In this document: positions 45,589-55,168 of the stretch, in pieces
Numbering within the stretch: the stretch's first letter is position 1
Layout: each line of letters opens with the position of its first letter
Virus record (IMG/VR): IMGVR_UViG_3300044788_000047
Span: 1-62,705 of that record
Strand: one strand, 5' to 3'
Source: a virus
Taxonomy: Duplodnaviria; Caudoviricetes
Length of the DNA stretch: 62,705 bases
Program-made: the position numbers and the translations under genes
The notes under the pieces: model-generated
Databases searched by the model: none
What the model saw: the letters and a program-made list of their open reading frames with translations, nothing else
What the model was told of the DNA's origin: nothing

Positions 45589-46119
45589 TCACGCGGGGAC
45601 TTGGCTCCAGGTCCCCTGCGGCCAGAACGTGTCTGAGAAGGCCACCAAGATCGTGCCCAGGACCACTTTGCTATGGGCCTCGACGTACACCGTGTCAATC
45701 CGGTAGACGCCACCTCCAGCCAAGATTTTCATGCCCACATCGGTTGGGCTGAATCCCCGGACATCAACGGTCGTCCCCGGGATGAAGAGGCGCAGACCGA
45801 CGCCAGGACCCACCGAGCTAGAGGACAGCGACAGGTCATAGGGCACCGCTCCAGGCACCACAGGACCGGGTGGGATTGGCGGCTGGACCGGCGGCTGGAC
45901 CGGCGGCTGGACCGGCCCCGGCTTGCCCCATCCGCCGAAGGGATCTGTCGGATAGATCGGCGGCTGAGTCGGGGGGATCACAGGGGGGGCTCCGAGGGCC
46001 TCCTGGAGATGATGGAGGAGCGTCAGGGAAAGATCGAGAGCGCCCGCGAGGGATCGAGCCTCAATCCTGGTGAGGAGATCACGGAGGTCCATCGCATCGG
46101 CTTCGGTCAATGTCACCAT
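45589..46119 (-). CDS. Pro-rich-linker protein with C-terminal beta domain (paralogue of the 7779-9365 C-terminus)
   Basis: (PVQP)n linker then PGT.V.V..F..TDVG..I.AGGGV..I...VAFS...W..GTWS.V. Confidence 0.65.
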   Translation of the reverse strand: MVTLTEADAMDLRDLLTRIEARSLAGALDLSLTLLHHLQEALGAPPVIPPTQPPIYPTDPFGGWGKPGPVQPPVQPPVQPPIPPGPVVPGAVPYDLSLSSSSVGPGVGLRLFIPGTTVDVRGFSPTDVGMKILAGGGVYRIDTVYVEAHSKVVLGTILVAFSDTFWPQGTWSQVPA

Positions 46120-46317
46120 TTACCCGCCCTCCGTCAGAGGCTCGATCACCCCAAGCGTTTCCAAGGTCGCCACGATCGACGCCGTGAACCGATGGACAAG
46201 ATCGCCCCGGCGCCAGATGCCGGGTTCCGCATGGAGCGGGCCGAGATCCGAGACGACCTCGACTCGCTCCCGCAAGCGGACCCACGTCACGCGACGGCCC
46301 GCGCCGTCAGCCGACTC

Positions 46318-46572
46318 CTACCGACGACGCGAGGCCGCGGCCGGGGTGTTCGTCACCATGGCCTGCGCGAGTTCATCCGCCTTGGCCTTCTGGGCGTCCA
46401 CCACCGCCTGCACGGGCGCCAGTTCCTCCGCCGTCGCGCCGTTCTCCAGCGCCTTGTCGATGGCCGCCTGGGTCATGGCGGCGATCCCGTTGATGAAGAC
46501 CGTCGCGCTGCTGATGACATCGGTGTCTGCCGTGACCGTTGCGATCAGGGGACTCAGATCCGCGTGTGCCAT
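46318..46572 (-). CDS. Small helical hypothetical protein
   Basis: AAGGAG RBS; Ala-rich helices; ends NTP. Confidence 0.6.
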   Translation of the reverse strand: MAHADLSPLIATVTADTDVISSATVFINGIAAMTQAAIDKALENGATAEELAPVQAVVDAQKAKADELAQAMVTNTPAAASRRR

Positions 46573-46599
46573 AGTGAGCGTCTCCTTACTCTGTGGGTA

Positions 46600-46845
46600 C
46601 TAGGTTGACTTCGGGGCGCTGTCGAGCGCCTCCTGGAGCTGCTCGGCGGCGACCGCTTGACCATCCACGGCGCCGCCAAGCGCACCCAATTGCTCCGGGT
46701 CCACGGTCGTCCCGTCCTCATTGAGTTTCACGAGCAGTTCCTCGAATGAGATGGCCTGCCGCTCCGTGGCGACCGCGATCCGTTTGAGATCCTGGGCGAC
46801 CGCAGGCGAGAGGTCCAGCCGAACGTTGATGCTGAACAGTGGCAT
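46600..46845 (-). CDS. Small hypothetical protein
   Basis: 81 aa, acidic helical; same operon. Confidence 0.55.
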   Translation of the reverse strand: MPLFSINVRLDLSPAVAQDLKRIAVATERQAISFEELLVKLNEDGTTVDPEQLGALGGAVDGQAVAAEQLQEALDSAPKST

Positions 46846-46941
46846 CAGTCTAGGCTCCCATTGTGTGACCGCAGGAGCAGCACGAGCATCACCACCAATC
46901 CTACAAGCACTCCACCGAGCACCGCAAGGCTGGCATCCATG

Positions 46942-47235
46942 TTACTTCCCGAGCGTTGGCGCCCCGATGGACACCTGGGGCACGACCGTTATCGGCACCT
47001 TCACCTTGTCGGCCGTATCCGTCACGGACAGGCCTTCCTGCGTGCACGTCATCGCCCCGCCCTGGACGCCCGTGCCGCCCATGCGGACGACGCCATAGAC
47101 CGAGGACACGGAGACGCACCAGGACCGTTCGCTCTTGCCGAGTTGTTTCAGGACGTCATCCGACGGCGCCAGCGAACAGCCACCGAGCAGGACCACGAAT
47201 AGCCCCACGACACCCCATCGCCACAGTCCAGTCAT
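46942..47235 (-). CDS. Lipoprotein (possible o-spanin)
   Basis: MTGLWRWGVVGLFVVLLGG|C lipobox; two further Cys; lysis-like neighbourhood. Confidence 0.55.
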   Translation of the reverse strand: MTGLWRWGVVGLFVVLLGGCSLAPSDDVLKQLGKSERSWCVSVSSVYGVVRMGGTGVQGGAMTCTQEGLSVTDTADKVKVPITVVPQVSIGAPTLGK

Positions 47236-47640
47236 CGTGACGCCTCCCGCATCTGTGCGGAGAGCAGTCGGAGGGCCACCGTCGCCCCCCCGACGCACCC
47301 GCCATGCAATTCTTCAAGCGCCCGCTGCACCTCCCGCTGCCAGTCATCGAGGGTCTGCGTCGCAATCGGTTTGATCTGGAGGGGGCTCACGATTTCACCT
47401 CACATCGAAGACACACATAGGTCGTCTGGCCGCCATCTGTACGCGTCCAAAACGGCACGTCAAGAAACCAATCGTGTTGCCCAATCCAGCATGCGAATCT
47501 CCCCAATCGACCCCGCCACCCACGCGGACGTTTGTAGAGACCGATGTCGCACCACTCGCCAAGTTCCAGGCGCACCCAATCCGTTGTCAATTCCACATAG
47601 ACATGAACCGGAGGCTTGTCCATCACACTCATGCGCGTAC

Positions 47641-47889
47641 TCACGGCCTCGCCTCCTTAGCGACGGTATCGGCCGTCTTCTGGGCCTGGGCCGGCGTGAT
47701 CCACGGGGCTGGCGTCGAATCCGCGACGCCACCCCAATAGGCGCTGACGGCGAGGATACCCGGCCAGAGCACCGCAATCCAGTCAATCAGGCTGATCTGG
47801 CCGGCAGCTTTGAGGGCACCCCAGTTGACGGCCAGGGCGCCGATGAAGATGCCGACCGACTTGAGCGAGAGCTTGACGTAGGGGTTCAT
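47641..47889 (-). CDS. Putative holin
   Basis: 82 aa, two hydrophobic segments, charged C-terminus. Confidence 0.5.
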   Translation of the reverse strand: MNPYVKLSLKSVGIFIGALAVNWGALKAAGQISLIDWIAVLWPGILAVSAYWGGVADSTPAPWITPAQAQKTADTVAKEARP

Positions 47890-48248
47890 TACTCCTCCAT
47901 CCAGGCGCACATCTGCTTGAACGCCCCCGGGATGTACCGCTGGCGGAACTGCGCCCGGTCCTCAATGCTCATCGTCAGGATACACGCGCTCCGATCCGAG
48001 GCCGTCCGCAAGATTCGATGCTCCTTCGTCGCGTCGTCCCGAAGTCCGCTGATGGCCTGCTGGGTTTGCCACCCAGAGAAGAATATCGAGGCCATAATCG
48101 CCAGGACGCCCAACGCCAGAAAGACGCCAACCCCGCGCACCGAAAGACTGGCTTCCTTGTAGCCGATCCGCAGGGTCGAGTCGCCCGCTCGGAATGGCGT
48201 CGGGTCAAAGTGTTCCGGGTCATCCACCCGCTTGGCCTCACTTCCCAT
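47889..48248 (-). CDS. Single-pass membrane protein (lysis module, possibly i-spanin or antiholin)
   Basis: One TM segment followed by a helical domain with two Cys. Confidence 0.4.
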   Translation of the reverse strand: MGSEAKRVDDPEHFDPTPFRAGDSTLRIGYKEASLSVRGVGVFLALGVLAIMASIFFSGWQTQQAISGLRDDATKEHRILRTASDRSACILTMSIEDRAQFRQRYIPGAFKQMCAWMEE

Positions 48249-48362
48249 CCCGCCACCCGCAGATGCACGTCCATCGGCGCGTCACCGAATCGAAGTAGGC
48301 GCTCTGCCGCTTGCATCGCGGGCAATAGGTCGTAGCCGGCGTTGACCGTCCAGCTCGTGGTC

Positions 48363-48788
48363 TCATTGTACCCTATAGTAGGTGACATTCACGACAGCCG
48401 AGATGGCGTTGGACCCGGCCGGTAGGATCGAGGAGAATCTGGCGATGTTGCTGGCGCCGCAGACGGAGATCGGCGTGAGCACGGCGGCCGTGTGGTGTCC
48501 GATTGTCGCTGTGGGCGCGGTGCCGTCCACCCGATACCGGATCGAGCTCGGCGCCTCGACGGAGAAGACCGCGATGTCGGCCGCTCGCGCTTTGGTCGGC
48601 GCATAGGTGCCAGCAGTGAAGGCCACAGCCGGCGTATAGGTCACGGTCAACGTCTCGAAGGCGAACGCGGCCTTCTGGACTGGCGGAAGGCTGCAATCTC
48701 CCACGACGACCTGACTGGGCGCCGGCACTGTCAGCGCGAGGACCAAGGCTAGGACGAACCCAATCAACACGAGCCGTCGCATAGGCAC
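48363..48788 (-). CDS. Small beta-sandwich (spike-base-like) protein, paralogue 2, with signal peptide
   Basis: MRRLVLIGFVLALVLALTVPAPS|Q; FETLTV...IRYRVDGTAPT...G...VNVTYY; two Cys. Confidence 0.65.
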   Translation of the reverse strand: MPMRRLVLIGFVLALVLALTVPAPSQVVVGDCSLPPVQKAAFAFETLTVTYTPAVAFTAGTYAPTKARAADIAVFSVEAPSSIRYRVDGTAPTATIGHHTAAVLTPISVCGASNIARFSSILPAGSNAISAVVNVTYYRVQ

Positions 48789-48795
48789 AATCTCC

Positions 48796-48818
48796 TCTAC
48801 TGAGGCACTACGAGTCGC
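48796..48818 (-). promoter_or_regulatory. Putative late promoter motif, copy 3
   Basis: GCGACTCGTAGTGCCTCAGTAGA, intergenic. Confidence 0.7.
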
Positions 48819-49015
48819 GTCATGCGCTGGCCCGCATACCGACGCGCCAGCAGCGACGGCAGAGCACCGCCTTGGGATGGGCCATCGGGGACCGGGTGAG
48901 GCTCATCGGCTCGTCCTGATGTCCGCGGACGGCACAGTAGAGCCGACACAACCGAAACCAGACGCGACGCCAGATCACGAAGTACTCCGATGTCTCATCG
49001 TGTCTCTATCCTTTC

Positions 49016-49993
49016 TCACTGCGCCCGCCGCCGCTGGAACATCCCCGACGCAGGCGCCGCGGGCGTGTAGGTGATGATGATGACGCCGTTCCGTCCAGCC
49101 GCTCCCGTGCCGCCCGCCGAGGTGCCCGATCCTCCCCCACCGCCCGCCGAGCCCCCCGCACCCCACTTGCCGCCCGGTCCCGCGTTCGTCCCGGGTGCGG
49201 CGTTGCCGCCCGTGCCGCCTCCACCCGCGCCTCCTGCGCCGCCGACTTCAGCCGAGACGGTATCGGTCTTGTAGGTCGTGTTGCCGCCCGTGCCGCCATC
49301 GGATGTTGAGCCGGTGCCGCCGCCGACCGTCCCGCCGTCGCCGCCGTCGCCCCCTGTGGCTCCTGAGCCCGCCGTGCCCGCCGTCCCGCTGCTCGTAGAT
49401 CCAGCCGCCCCGCCTCCGCCGCCGCCGCCACCGCCGATGCCAACCGAGCGGGCGCCACCCCCAGCCCCGTTCGATCCGTCGCGGGTTGTCGTGCCGGCCG
49501 GAGTGCAGGTCGTTGTCGTGGACCCCGCGCCGGGGTTGCCCGCGCCGCCGCCGACTCCACTAGAGGCTTGGAGTGTGCCCGCCGCCGAGAAGAAGGTACA
49601 CGTCCCGTTGCTGCCGCCTGCACCTGCACCGCCGAGCGCGCCACCCTGGCCGATCTGATACGTCACCGGCCCGGCGCCGGGGTTGTGGTTCGTGATGGTC
49701 GCATAGCCGCCGCCCTTGCCACCCCCACCGCCACCACGCCCCTGCGTGGAGGTGCCGGTCGTGCCGCCCGCGCCGCCACCGCCCGCGCCAATCACCTCGA
49801 TGGTGTTGTGCGCCGGGTCGAAGTCGGCGGGCACGGTCCAGCTCGTCCCGGTCGTCAGCACGACGATCGTGTCCACGGCGCTGGCCGTCCCCACCCAGAC
49901 GAGCATGAGAACGGCCAGCGTCAGATAGGTAGCCAGGGAAGAATACCGAAACCCGGGTCGATAATGGTAACCACCCCCCCGTTGAGTCATCAC
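49016..49993 (-). CDS. Glycine-rich fibre-tip-like protein with signal peptide
   Basis: TSWTVP...IEVIGAGGGG...GGGGGG..Y...G..GVIIITY glycine-rich domain; leader ending GTASA. Confidence 0.75.
   Translation of the reverse strand: MMTQRGGGYHYRPGFRYSSLATYLTLAVLMLVWVGTASAVDTIVVLTTGTSWTVPADFDPAHNTIEVIGAGGGGAGGTTGTSTQGRGGGGGGKGGGYATITNHNPGAGPVTYQIGQGGALGGAGAGGSNGTCTFFSAAGTLQASSGVGGGAGNPGAGSTTTTCTPAGTTTRDGSNGAGGGARSVGIGGGGGGGGGAAGSTSSGTAGTAGSGATGGDGGDGGTVGGGTGSTSDGGTGGNTTYKTDTVSAEVGGAGGAGGGGTGGNAAPGTNAGPGGKWGAGGSAGGGGGSGTSAGGTGAAGRNGVIIITYTPAAPASGMFQRRRAQ
49876..49940. repeat. 65-bp direct repeat encoding a signal peptide, copy B
   Basis: 64/65 identical to 28486-28550. Confidence 0.95.
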
Positions 49994-52900
49994 TACATCG
50001 CCCGCCGATACGTGATCGTTGCCCCGATCAGGTTGGTGCTACAGGTGCAGGTATCCGCGCCGTCGTTGCCATCTCGGAACACCCGGATGTGAAGCAACTC
50101 GGAGGTCGCCGTGGTACACGTCCCCGTACCCGTCGTCGGCAAGGTCGCACCCGTGATGATGCTCGACTGGACCCGGTTGGCCGTGCCCGCGACGGCTGTC
50201 GTGACCGTGTTGAAGCCATCGCCCGTCGTTGGGAAGGCCGTGTCATCGGTCTCCGTCGCGCCTGTCGCCGTGCAAATGAATTGCACTGTCCACTTCGCGT
50301 TGCCGCTCGTCGCTGAGGTTGTCCACAAAAGTTGTACATCCACGCCACCTAGGGTCGTCCAATCGGCCGGCAGATGTTCCGTGATCTGCGCGGAGAATCC
50401 CCCCGACGTGTCGGCGTACTGGAGCACGCCCTTCTGGGTGTTGGTGCCAGTCACACACGCAGCGACGGCCGGGGTCGCAGTCGGCAGGTCCCAGATCGTC
50501 CCCGCCGTCGCGTTGTTACACCCTGCGGCGGGGAGCCACTTCTTGAAGGGCAGCGTCACGACGTTGCCGGTCGAATCGGCGTTCAGCGTCTTGTTGGTGA
50601 AGACCAGGGTGCTGGCCGCCGAGTCCTGATACGTCGAGGCGACGCCCGCACCGTTGGCCGTGAGGACCAGGCCGGACGTCGTGGCGGCAATCACGCCGAT
50701 GGCATTCGTACCTGTTGCGGCGAGGATGTCACCCGTCGTGGCCGCGTTCGGCAACGTCAAGGTGGACCAGAGTGGCGCCGCCCCGACCCCACCGGCTCGC
50801 AGATACGGGCCCACCGCCACGTCCGCCAGTCGCGTAAAGGTTGTCGTCCCATCCGCGTAGAGGAGATCCCCGACCGCCTGCGAAGCAATGGCGAGGTGCG
50901 CGGCGTTGAGCTTGCCTGCCACGTTGCCGATGACGGTGTTGCCGCCGACGAGCACGCTGGTGCCGAAATACCCGGTTCGGGCGGTTGCACTGCTGGAACC
51001 GAGATCATACGTGTTAGTCGTGCCAGGCGTGAGATGTCCAACGGCAGCATTCCCGTCGAAGAACCACCACGTCGTCGTGAGAGCCAAATCACCCCCACCA
51101 AGACCGAACTTGATGGACGAGTTCTTGGTACTGGCATTTTGATTCAGACCAATATGCACGCTTCCGTCTGTGCCACTTGCGGCGCCTTTCTCGCCATAGA
51201 TAAAGGCGGAACCGCCGTTGAAGGCTCCCGTCCCACTTTGGCCACCACCGATACCGCCCCGAAGGGTCGCATTGCCGCCGTGGGCATTCTGGAGGGCGTC
51301 CCAACTCTGTCCAAATCCTCCATTGAGCGAGACGTTCCCTGCCGTCGCACTGCCCGACTCGCCGGGATCGCCACCAGTGACGGCAACACTGCCCCCGGTG
51401 CCCGTACCACGACCGGCGGAACCAGCCATAAAGAGACCGCCGCCTGCCGCGTTCACACCATCCTTCGGTGAAGATCCACGTATGGTAAAACTGTTTCCGG
51501 CGCCGGTCGTCGTCTTCTGGAGCATCGCCAGCTCTTGCGCTGAGTCCCCACTCAGATAGATACGGCCGAGATCAGTGATCTGGACTACGGTGCCCGCTGC
51601 GGAACTAAAGGCCACAAGCGGCCCTGAACCGACCGCGCTACTAAATATCAACGGCGTCCCATTCCCCGTGCCAAACGGCACAGTGATCGCCTTGACCGAG
51701 ACGTTATCAATATGTCCGTCGAACGTGGACACGAGGGGCGTCAGCAATAAGTTCCCTGTGGTCACGGCAATGACATAATCGGTAAACGTCCCGTTCGCCG
51801 CGTGAAACGCTCCACTCGCGCCGCCGAGCGTCGGCCGAAGGCTCCCCGCCGTGCGGCTGGTGATGGTATAGACCAGCTTGTACACTGTGCCGACCGTGAT
51901 TGACAGGGGTGTGCTCGGAAACAACGCGGTCGTATTGCCTGTGTTGTGCTGGACATCGGTGCCGGCGTTGCAGGTCCAGTCGGTCGTCGTCCAGTCGTCG
52001 CAGGTGCCCGTCGAGAAGTCTCCAGCCGTCACCAATTCCGTGCCGAGTTCCTCGTTCTGGGAAAATCCGTGTGCCCCGACAGTCCCAGCCGCCGTCATCA
52101 CGGCGCCACTCTCAGAGACGATCGAATCTGCGAGCACGCCCCCAGCACCATCCGACCATTTCGTCAAGACGCCCGTCGTGCCAGAGCCGGTGACGGTGCC
52201 CGACCCGCTGGGTGTCGCCCAGGTGTTATCTCCACGCAGGAAGGTGGTGCCGCTTGGTGTGCCCGTGGCGGTCAGGTCGGCAATGGCGACGCCGCTAAAG
52301 GTGGGATTGCCTGCCGCATTCCCGTGGAGGAGTGTCGTGGTCGTGCCTTGATTCGCAAACTGGGCCGACGCCAGGGTGGCCGTGGTACAGGTGCCGACCG
52401 CGCCCGCGGAGAGAGCCGTCACGAACTGGTTCGTGCAGGTCGAGGTCGTGATGTTCAGGTCGGCACTCACGACCGCTCCGAAGCTCGGCGCGCCGGCTGC
52501 ATTGCCGTGGAGCACAGTGGTCGTCGTCCCGAGCGAACCCAAGGCCGTGACCACGGTCGTCCCGGCCCCGAGGATGAGGGCATCGGTCGTCAGCGTGCCG
52601 GAATTCGTGACCGTGCCGCTGCCGGCGGGGGTGGCACACGTCACCGCGCCCGCATCCGAGATCGCGTTGACGAAATCGCTGCCGGTGCAGGTGAGCGTCT
52701 GGACCCCGTGCTTGACCACGCCGGCATCGTCCTTCACGGCGAGGTTCTTCGAGGTCGAATCGACGTAGATCGAGCCCTTGCCGGCCGCAGGCGTCCCAGG
52801 GGCCGCGATGGCGGTCGCCAGGAGACTCCCGGCCATCGTGGTCCCTGTCGGGATGTTGACCAGCGTGGTCGCCAGGGTATTCGTGGTGGTCACATCCCCG

Positions 52901-54270
52901 GTCAGATTGCCGTTCGTGATGGACGTGGCCCCGCTGAATTGGGTCAGATTGCCACTAGCAGGCGAGCCGGTAGTGGTCACGGTCCCGCTACCCGCAGGCG
53001 TCGCACAGGTGAGCACTCCGGTTGCCGCGACCGCACTCACGAAATCGCCCGCTGTGCACGTGGCGGGTTGGACGGGATTGCTGTCCGCGTTCGGCAACGT
53101 AAAGATGCGAGAGCCCGTCAAGGTCGCCATCGTGACCGTGGTCGTGTTCGTCGTTCCGAGCACGAGCTGGTTCGTCGCCGCAGGCAGCGCGAGTGCGGCT
53201 TCGATAGACACCAGACCATTCGTGATGGTCAGTTCCGGCGTCACACTGACACCCAGGCGGAGGGTATCCAGATCCGAATTGCCGTAAATGCTCAGAAGAT
53301 ACGCGGGCGAGGCAACATCGCTGTCCGTCAACGTAAAGCCCGTGATCGTGGGACCATTGACGACAGCAGAGCCAGACCAGCCCGCCATCGTCAACTCAAA
53401 GATGGCGTTGTTGGCCAGTGATTTCGTCGGCGTCCCGTAACTACCATTGAACCTGAGAGTCTTGATGAGCGGCGCGAACTTACCCGTGATATAGAGCGAT
53501 TGGTCAACCGTAAAAGCTTTGCTATCTACGCTATGGAGGAACGTCGCCATGTCGGCTGCGACCGTCCCGGACCCTTGGACAGTCATGACATTGAACCAGG
53601 GCGACGAAGGGTCTTCGTAGAGGAGGCTGTCCCCGAGCGCCGTTGTTCCGGTCCACAGGGGGACGAAGTTCGCGGTGCCCGAGCCGGTGACGCTTCCCGC
53701 CGGGGTGGCACACCCCAGCACCCCGGCCGCGCTGATCGAGTTGACGAAGTTACTCCCACTACACGTCGCCGGTTGGATGGGATTGGAATCCGCGTTCGGC
53801 AGGGTGAATACCCGACTTCCCGTGAGCGTGGCCATGGTGACCGTCGTGGTATTCGTGGTGCCGAGGGTGAGTTGATTGGTGTTGGCACTCAAGGTCAAGG
53901 AGGTCGCGAGGGGGGTTGCGGTAAACGCGGGGTTCGCGCCGGTAGCTCCCTGGAGAAGAGTCCCCGTGGCCCCTACAGGGATGCCGGTGATGTCCGTCGC
54001 TGTGGTAAAGACCGAGAGCTGATGGATGAGCGGCGAGCCGCTAGAGGTCACGGTCCCGCTGCCGCCTCCACTCGTGATGGTACACGTCCCCAACCCGCCC
54101 CCCTGTGCACACGTCACGCCCGCACCGACGAAGTTGAGAATGCTGATGCGCCCGAGCGGAGTGCCTTCGTCGCGCAACTGTATCCCACCGCCGGGAGTGA
54201 TCTGCGCCTCCGCGCGGACCAGGAACGTCGCGAGCAGCAGCACAAGAACGAGTGGGAAGGCGCGTCTCAT
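49993..54270 (-). CDS. Long fibre-like protein (1425 aa) with signal peptide and 18 paired Cys
   Basis: MRRAFPLVLVLLLATFLVRAEA|Q; repeated TC....FV..I...G...C motifs; TFLRGD.TW; a carbohydrate-binding-like module; Gly-rich beta repeats. Confidence 0.8.
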   Translation of the reverse strand: MRRAFPLVLVLLLATFLVRAEAQITPGGGIQLRDEGTPLGRISILNFVGAGVTCAQGGGLGTCTITSGGGSGTVTSSGSPLIHQLSVFTTATDITGIPVGATGTLLQGATGANPAFTATPLATSLTLSANTNQLTLGTTNTTTVTMATLTGSRVFTLPNADSNPIQPATCSGSNFVNSISAAGVLGCATPAGSVTGSGTANFVPLWTGTTALGDSLLYEDPSSPWFNVMTVQGSGTVAADMATFLHSVDSKAFTVDQSLYITGKFAPLIKTLRFNGSYGTPTKSLANNAIFELTMAGWSGSAVVNGPTITGFTLTDSDVASPAYLLSIYGNSDLDTLRLGVSVTPELTITNGLVSIEAALALPAATNQLVLGTTNTTTVTMATLTGSRIFTLPNADSNPVQPATCTAGDFVSAVAATGVLTCATPAGSGTVTTTGSPASGNLTQFSGATSITNGNLTGDVTTTNTLATTLVNIPTGTTMAGSLLATAIAAPGTPAAGKGSIYVDSTSKNLAVKDDAGVVKHGVQTLTCTGSDFVNAISDAGAVTCATPAGSGTVTNSGTLTTDALILGAGTTVVTALGSLGTTTTVLHGNAAGAPSFGAVVSADLNITTSTCTNQFVTALSAGAVGTCTTATLASAQFANQGTTTTLLHGNAAGNPTFSGVAIADLTATGTPSGTTFLRGDNTWATPSGSGTVTGSGTTGVLTKWSDGAGGVLADSIVSESGAVMTAAGTVGAHGFSQNEELGTELVTAGDFSTGTCDDWTTTDWTCNAGTDVQHNTGNTTALFPSTPLSITVGTVYKLVYTITSRTAGSLRPTLGGASGAFHAANGTFTDYVIAVTTGNLLLTPLVSTFDGHIDNVSVKAITVPFGTGNGTPLIFSSAVGSGPLVAFSSAAGTVVQITDLGRIYLSGDSAQELAMLQKTTTGAGNSFTIRGSSPKDGVNAAGGGLFMAGSAGRGTGTGGSVAVTGGDPGESGSATAGNVSLNGGFGQSWDALQNAHGGNATLRGGIGGGQSGTGAFNGGSAFIYGEKGAASGTDGSVHIGLNQNASTKNSSIKFGLGGGDLALTTTWWFFDGNAAVGHLTPGTTNTYDLGSSSATARTGYFGTSVLVGGNTVIGNVAGKLNAAHLAIASQAVGDLLYADGTTTFTRLADVAVGPYLRAGGVGAAPLWSTLTLPNAATTGDILAATGTNAIGVIAATTSGLVLTANGAGVASTYQDSAASTLVFTNKTLNADSTGNVVTLPFKKWLPAAGCNNATAGTIWDLPTATPAVAACVTGTNTQKGVLQYADTSGGFSAQITEHLPADWTTLGGVDVQLLWTTSATSGNAKWTVQFICTATGATETDDTAFPTTGDGFNTVTTAVAGTANRVQSSIITGATLPTTGTGTCTTATSELLHIRVFRDGNDGADTCTCSTNLIGATITYRRAM

Positions 54271-54591
54271 TTAGCGGTAGTAAATCACCGAGAGGGTGGC
54301 ATCCGCCGCGCCGACTGACGCGAGGATGAGACCGCCAGGAGTCACGAGCGCCGAGAGTTCAGGCAGGTTCCATTCGACCACGTCGGCGTCGTAGAGGGGC
54401 GTGCCAAGCGTGCTCGTCGGCGCGGCCGTCATCCTGAATCGAATCGGGCCACCTTCAAGCCGCGCTCGCGCGATGCGAGAGCCGGCCACGTAGGCCGCGT
54501 TCGGATGCACAACGGTCCCCGCGAGTGGAATATTAATGACTTCCTCTGCCCAGGGGACGGACGGGTTAGAGCTGATGAACACGGCGGGCAT
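54271..54591 (-). CDS. Small beta-sandwich (spike-base-like) protein, paralogue 3
   Basis: A...LE.GPIRF....APT...G.......ATLSVIYY. Confidence 0.55.
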   Translation of the reverse strand: MPAVFISSNPSVPWAEEVINIPLAGTVVHPNAAYVAGSRIARARLEGGPIRFRMTAAPTSTLGTPLYDADVVEWNLPELSALVTPGGLILASVGAADATLSVIYYR

Positions 54592-54597
54592 CGCACT

Positions 54598-55158
54598 CTA
54601 ACTCACACCGGCCGTCTGCGTCGCGTCCTTGATGACCTGGGCGAATCGGTCCTGCGTCGTTTTCAGGTTCGCCTGCGCTTCCTCGGTCTTCCGCAGGACC
54701 TCGCGGAGCACGGCCCGATGCGCCGCTTCAATCCGATCGCACTTGGCCTGGAGTTCGGTCGTCCGCAGTGTCGCCGCTGCGGCGCCGTTCGACGCTTCGA
54801 GGGAGAGTTTCCTATGAAGGTCGGCGAGCTCTCCCGCAACGGTGTCGATCTCGGCAGTCAGTTCCGCCTTGCGCTTGGTGGCGATCTCGGCCGTTGCCTG
54901 AAGGTCCACATCGAGCTTGACCATCTCCGTCGAACAGGTATGGACGACGGTCGCGTGCTGATGCTGGAGAGTCTCGATCTCTGCCACGAGTGCATCGCGT
55001 TGCTTCGTCAATCGCGCCATCGCGCTCTGGACGCTGACGGCGGTGCCAAGCGTCTGCTCGATCTTCTCGAAGGCGCGCGCTTCCTTGAGGCGATCCCGGG
55101 CGACCGCCCGCACCACGTCAGCCGCGTCCGCGAGTGTCATGTCTTTCGGATCAGCCAT
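54598..55158 (-). CDS. Coiled-coil protein
   Basis: 186 aa with heptad pattern; AGGAGG RBS. Confidence 0.65.
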   Translation of the reverse strand: MADPKDMTLADAADVVRAVARDRLKEARAFEKIEQTLGTAVSVQSAMARLTKQRDALVAEIETLQHQHATVVHTCSTEMVKLDVDLQATAEIATKRKAELTAEIDTVAGELADLHRKLSLEASNGAAAATLRTTELQAKCDRIEAAHRAVLREVLRKTEEAQANLKTTQDRFAQVIKDATQTAGVS

Positions 55159-55168
55159 GGTGTCGCCT

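Noticed and set aside
28486-49940. 65-bp repeat as a diversity-generating retroelement TR/VR pair
   Set aside because: No reverse transcriptase is visible, there is only one mismatch, and both copies encode N-terminal leaders rather than C-terminal variable regions.
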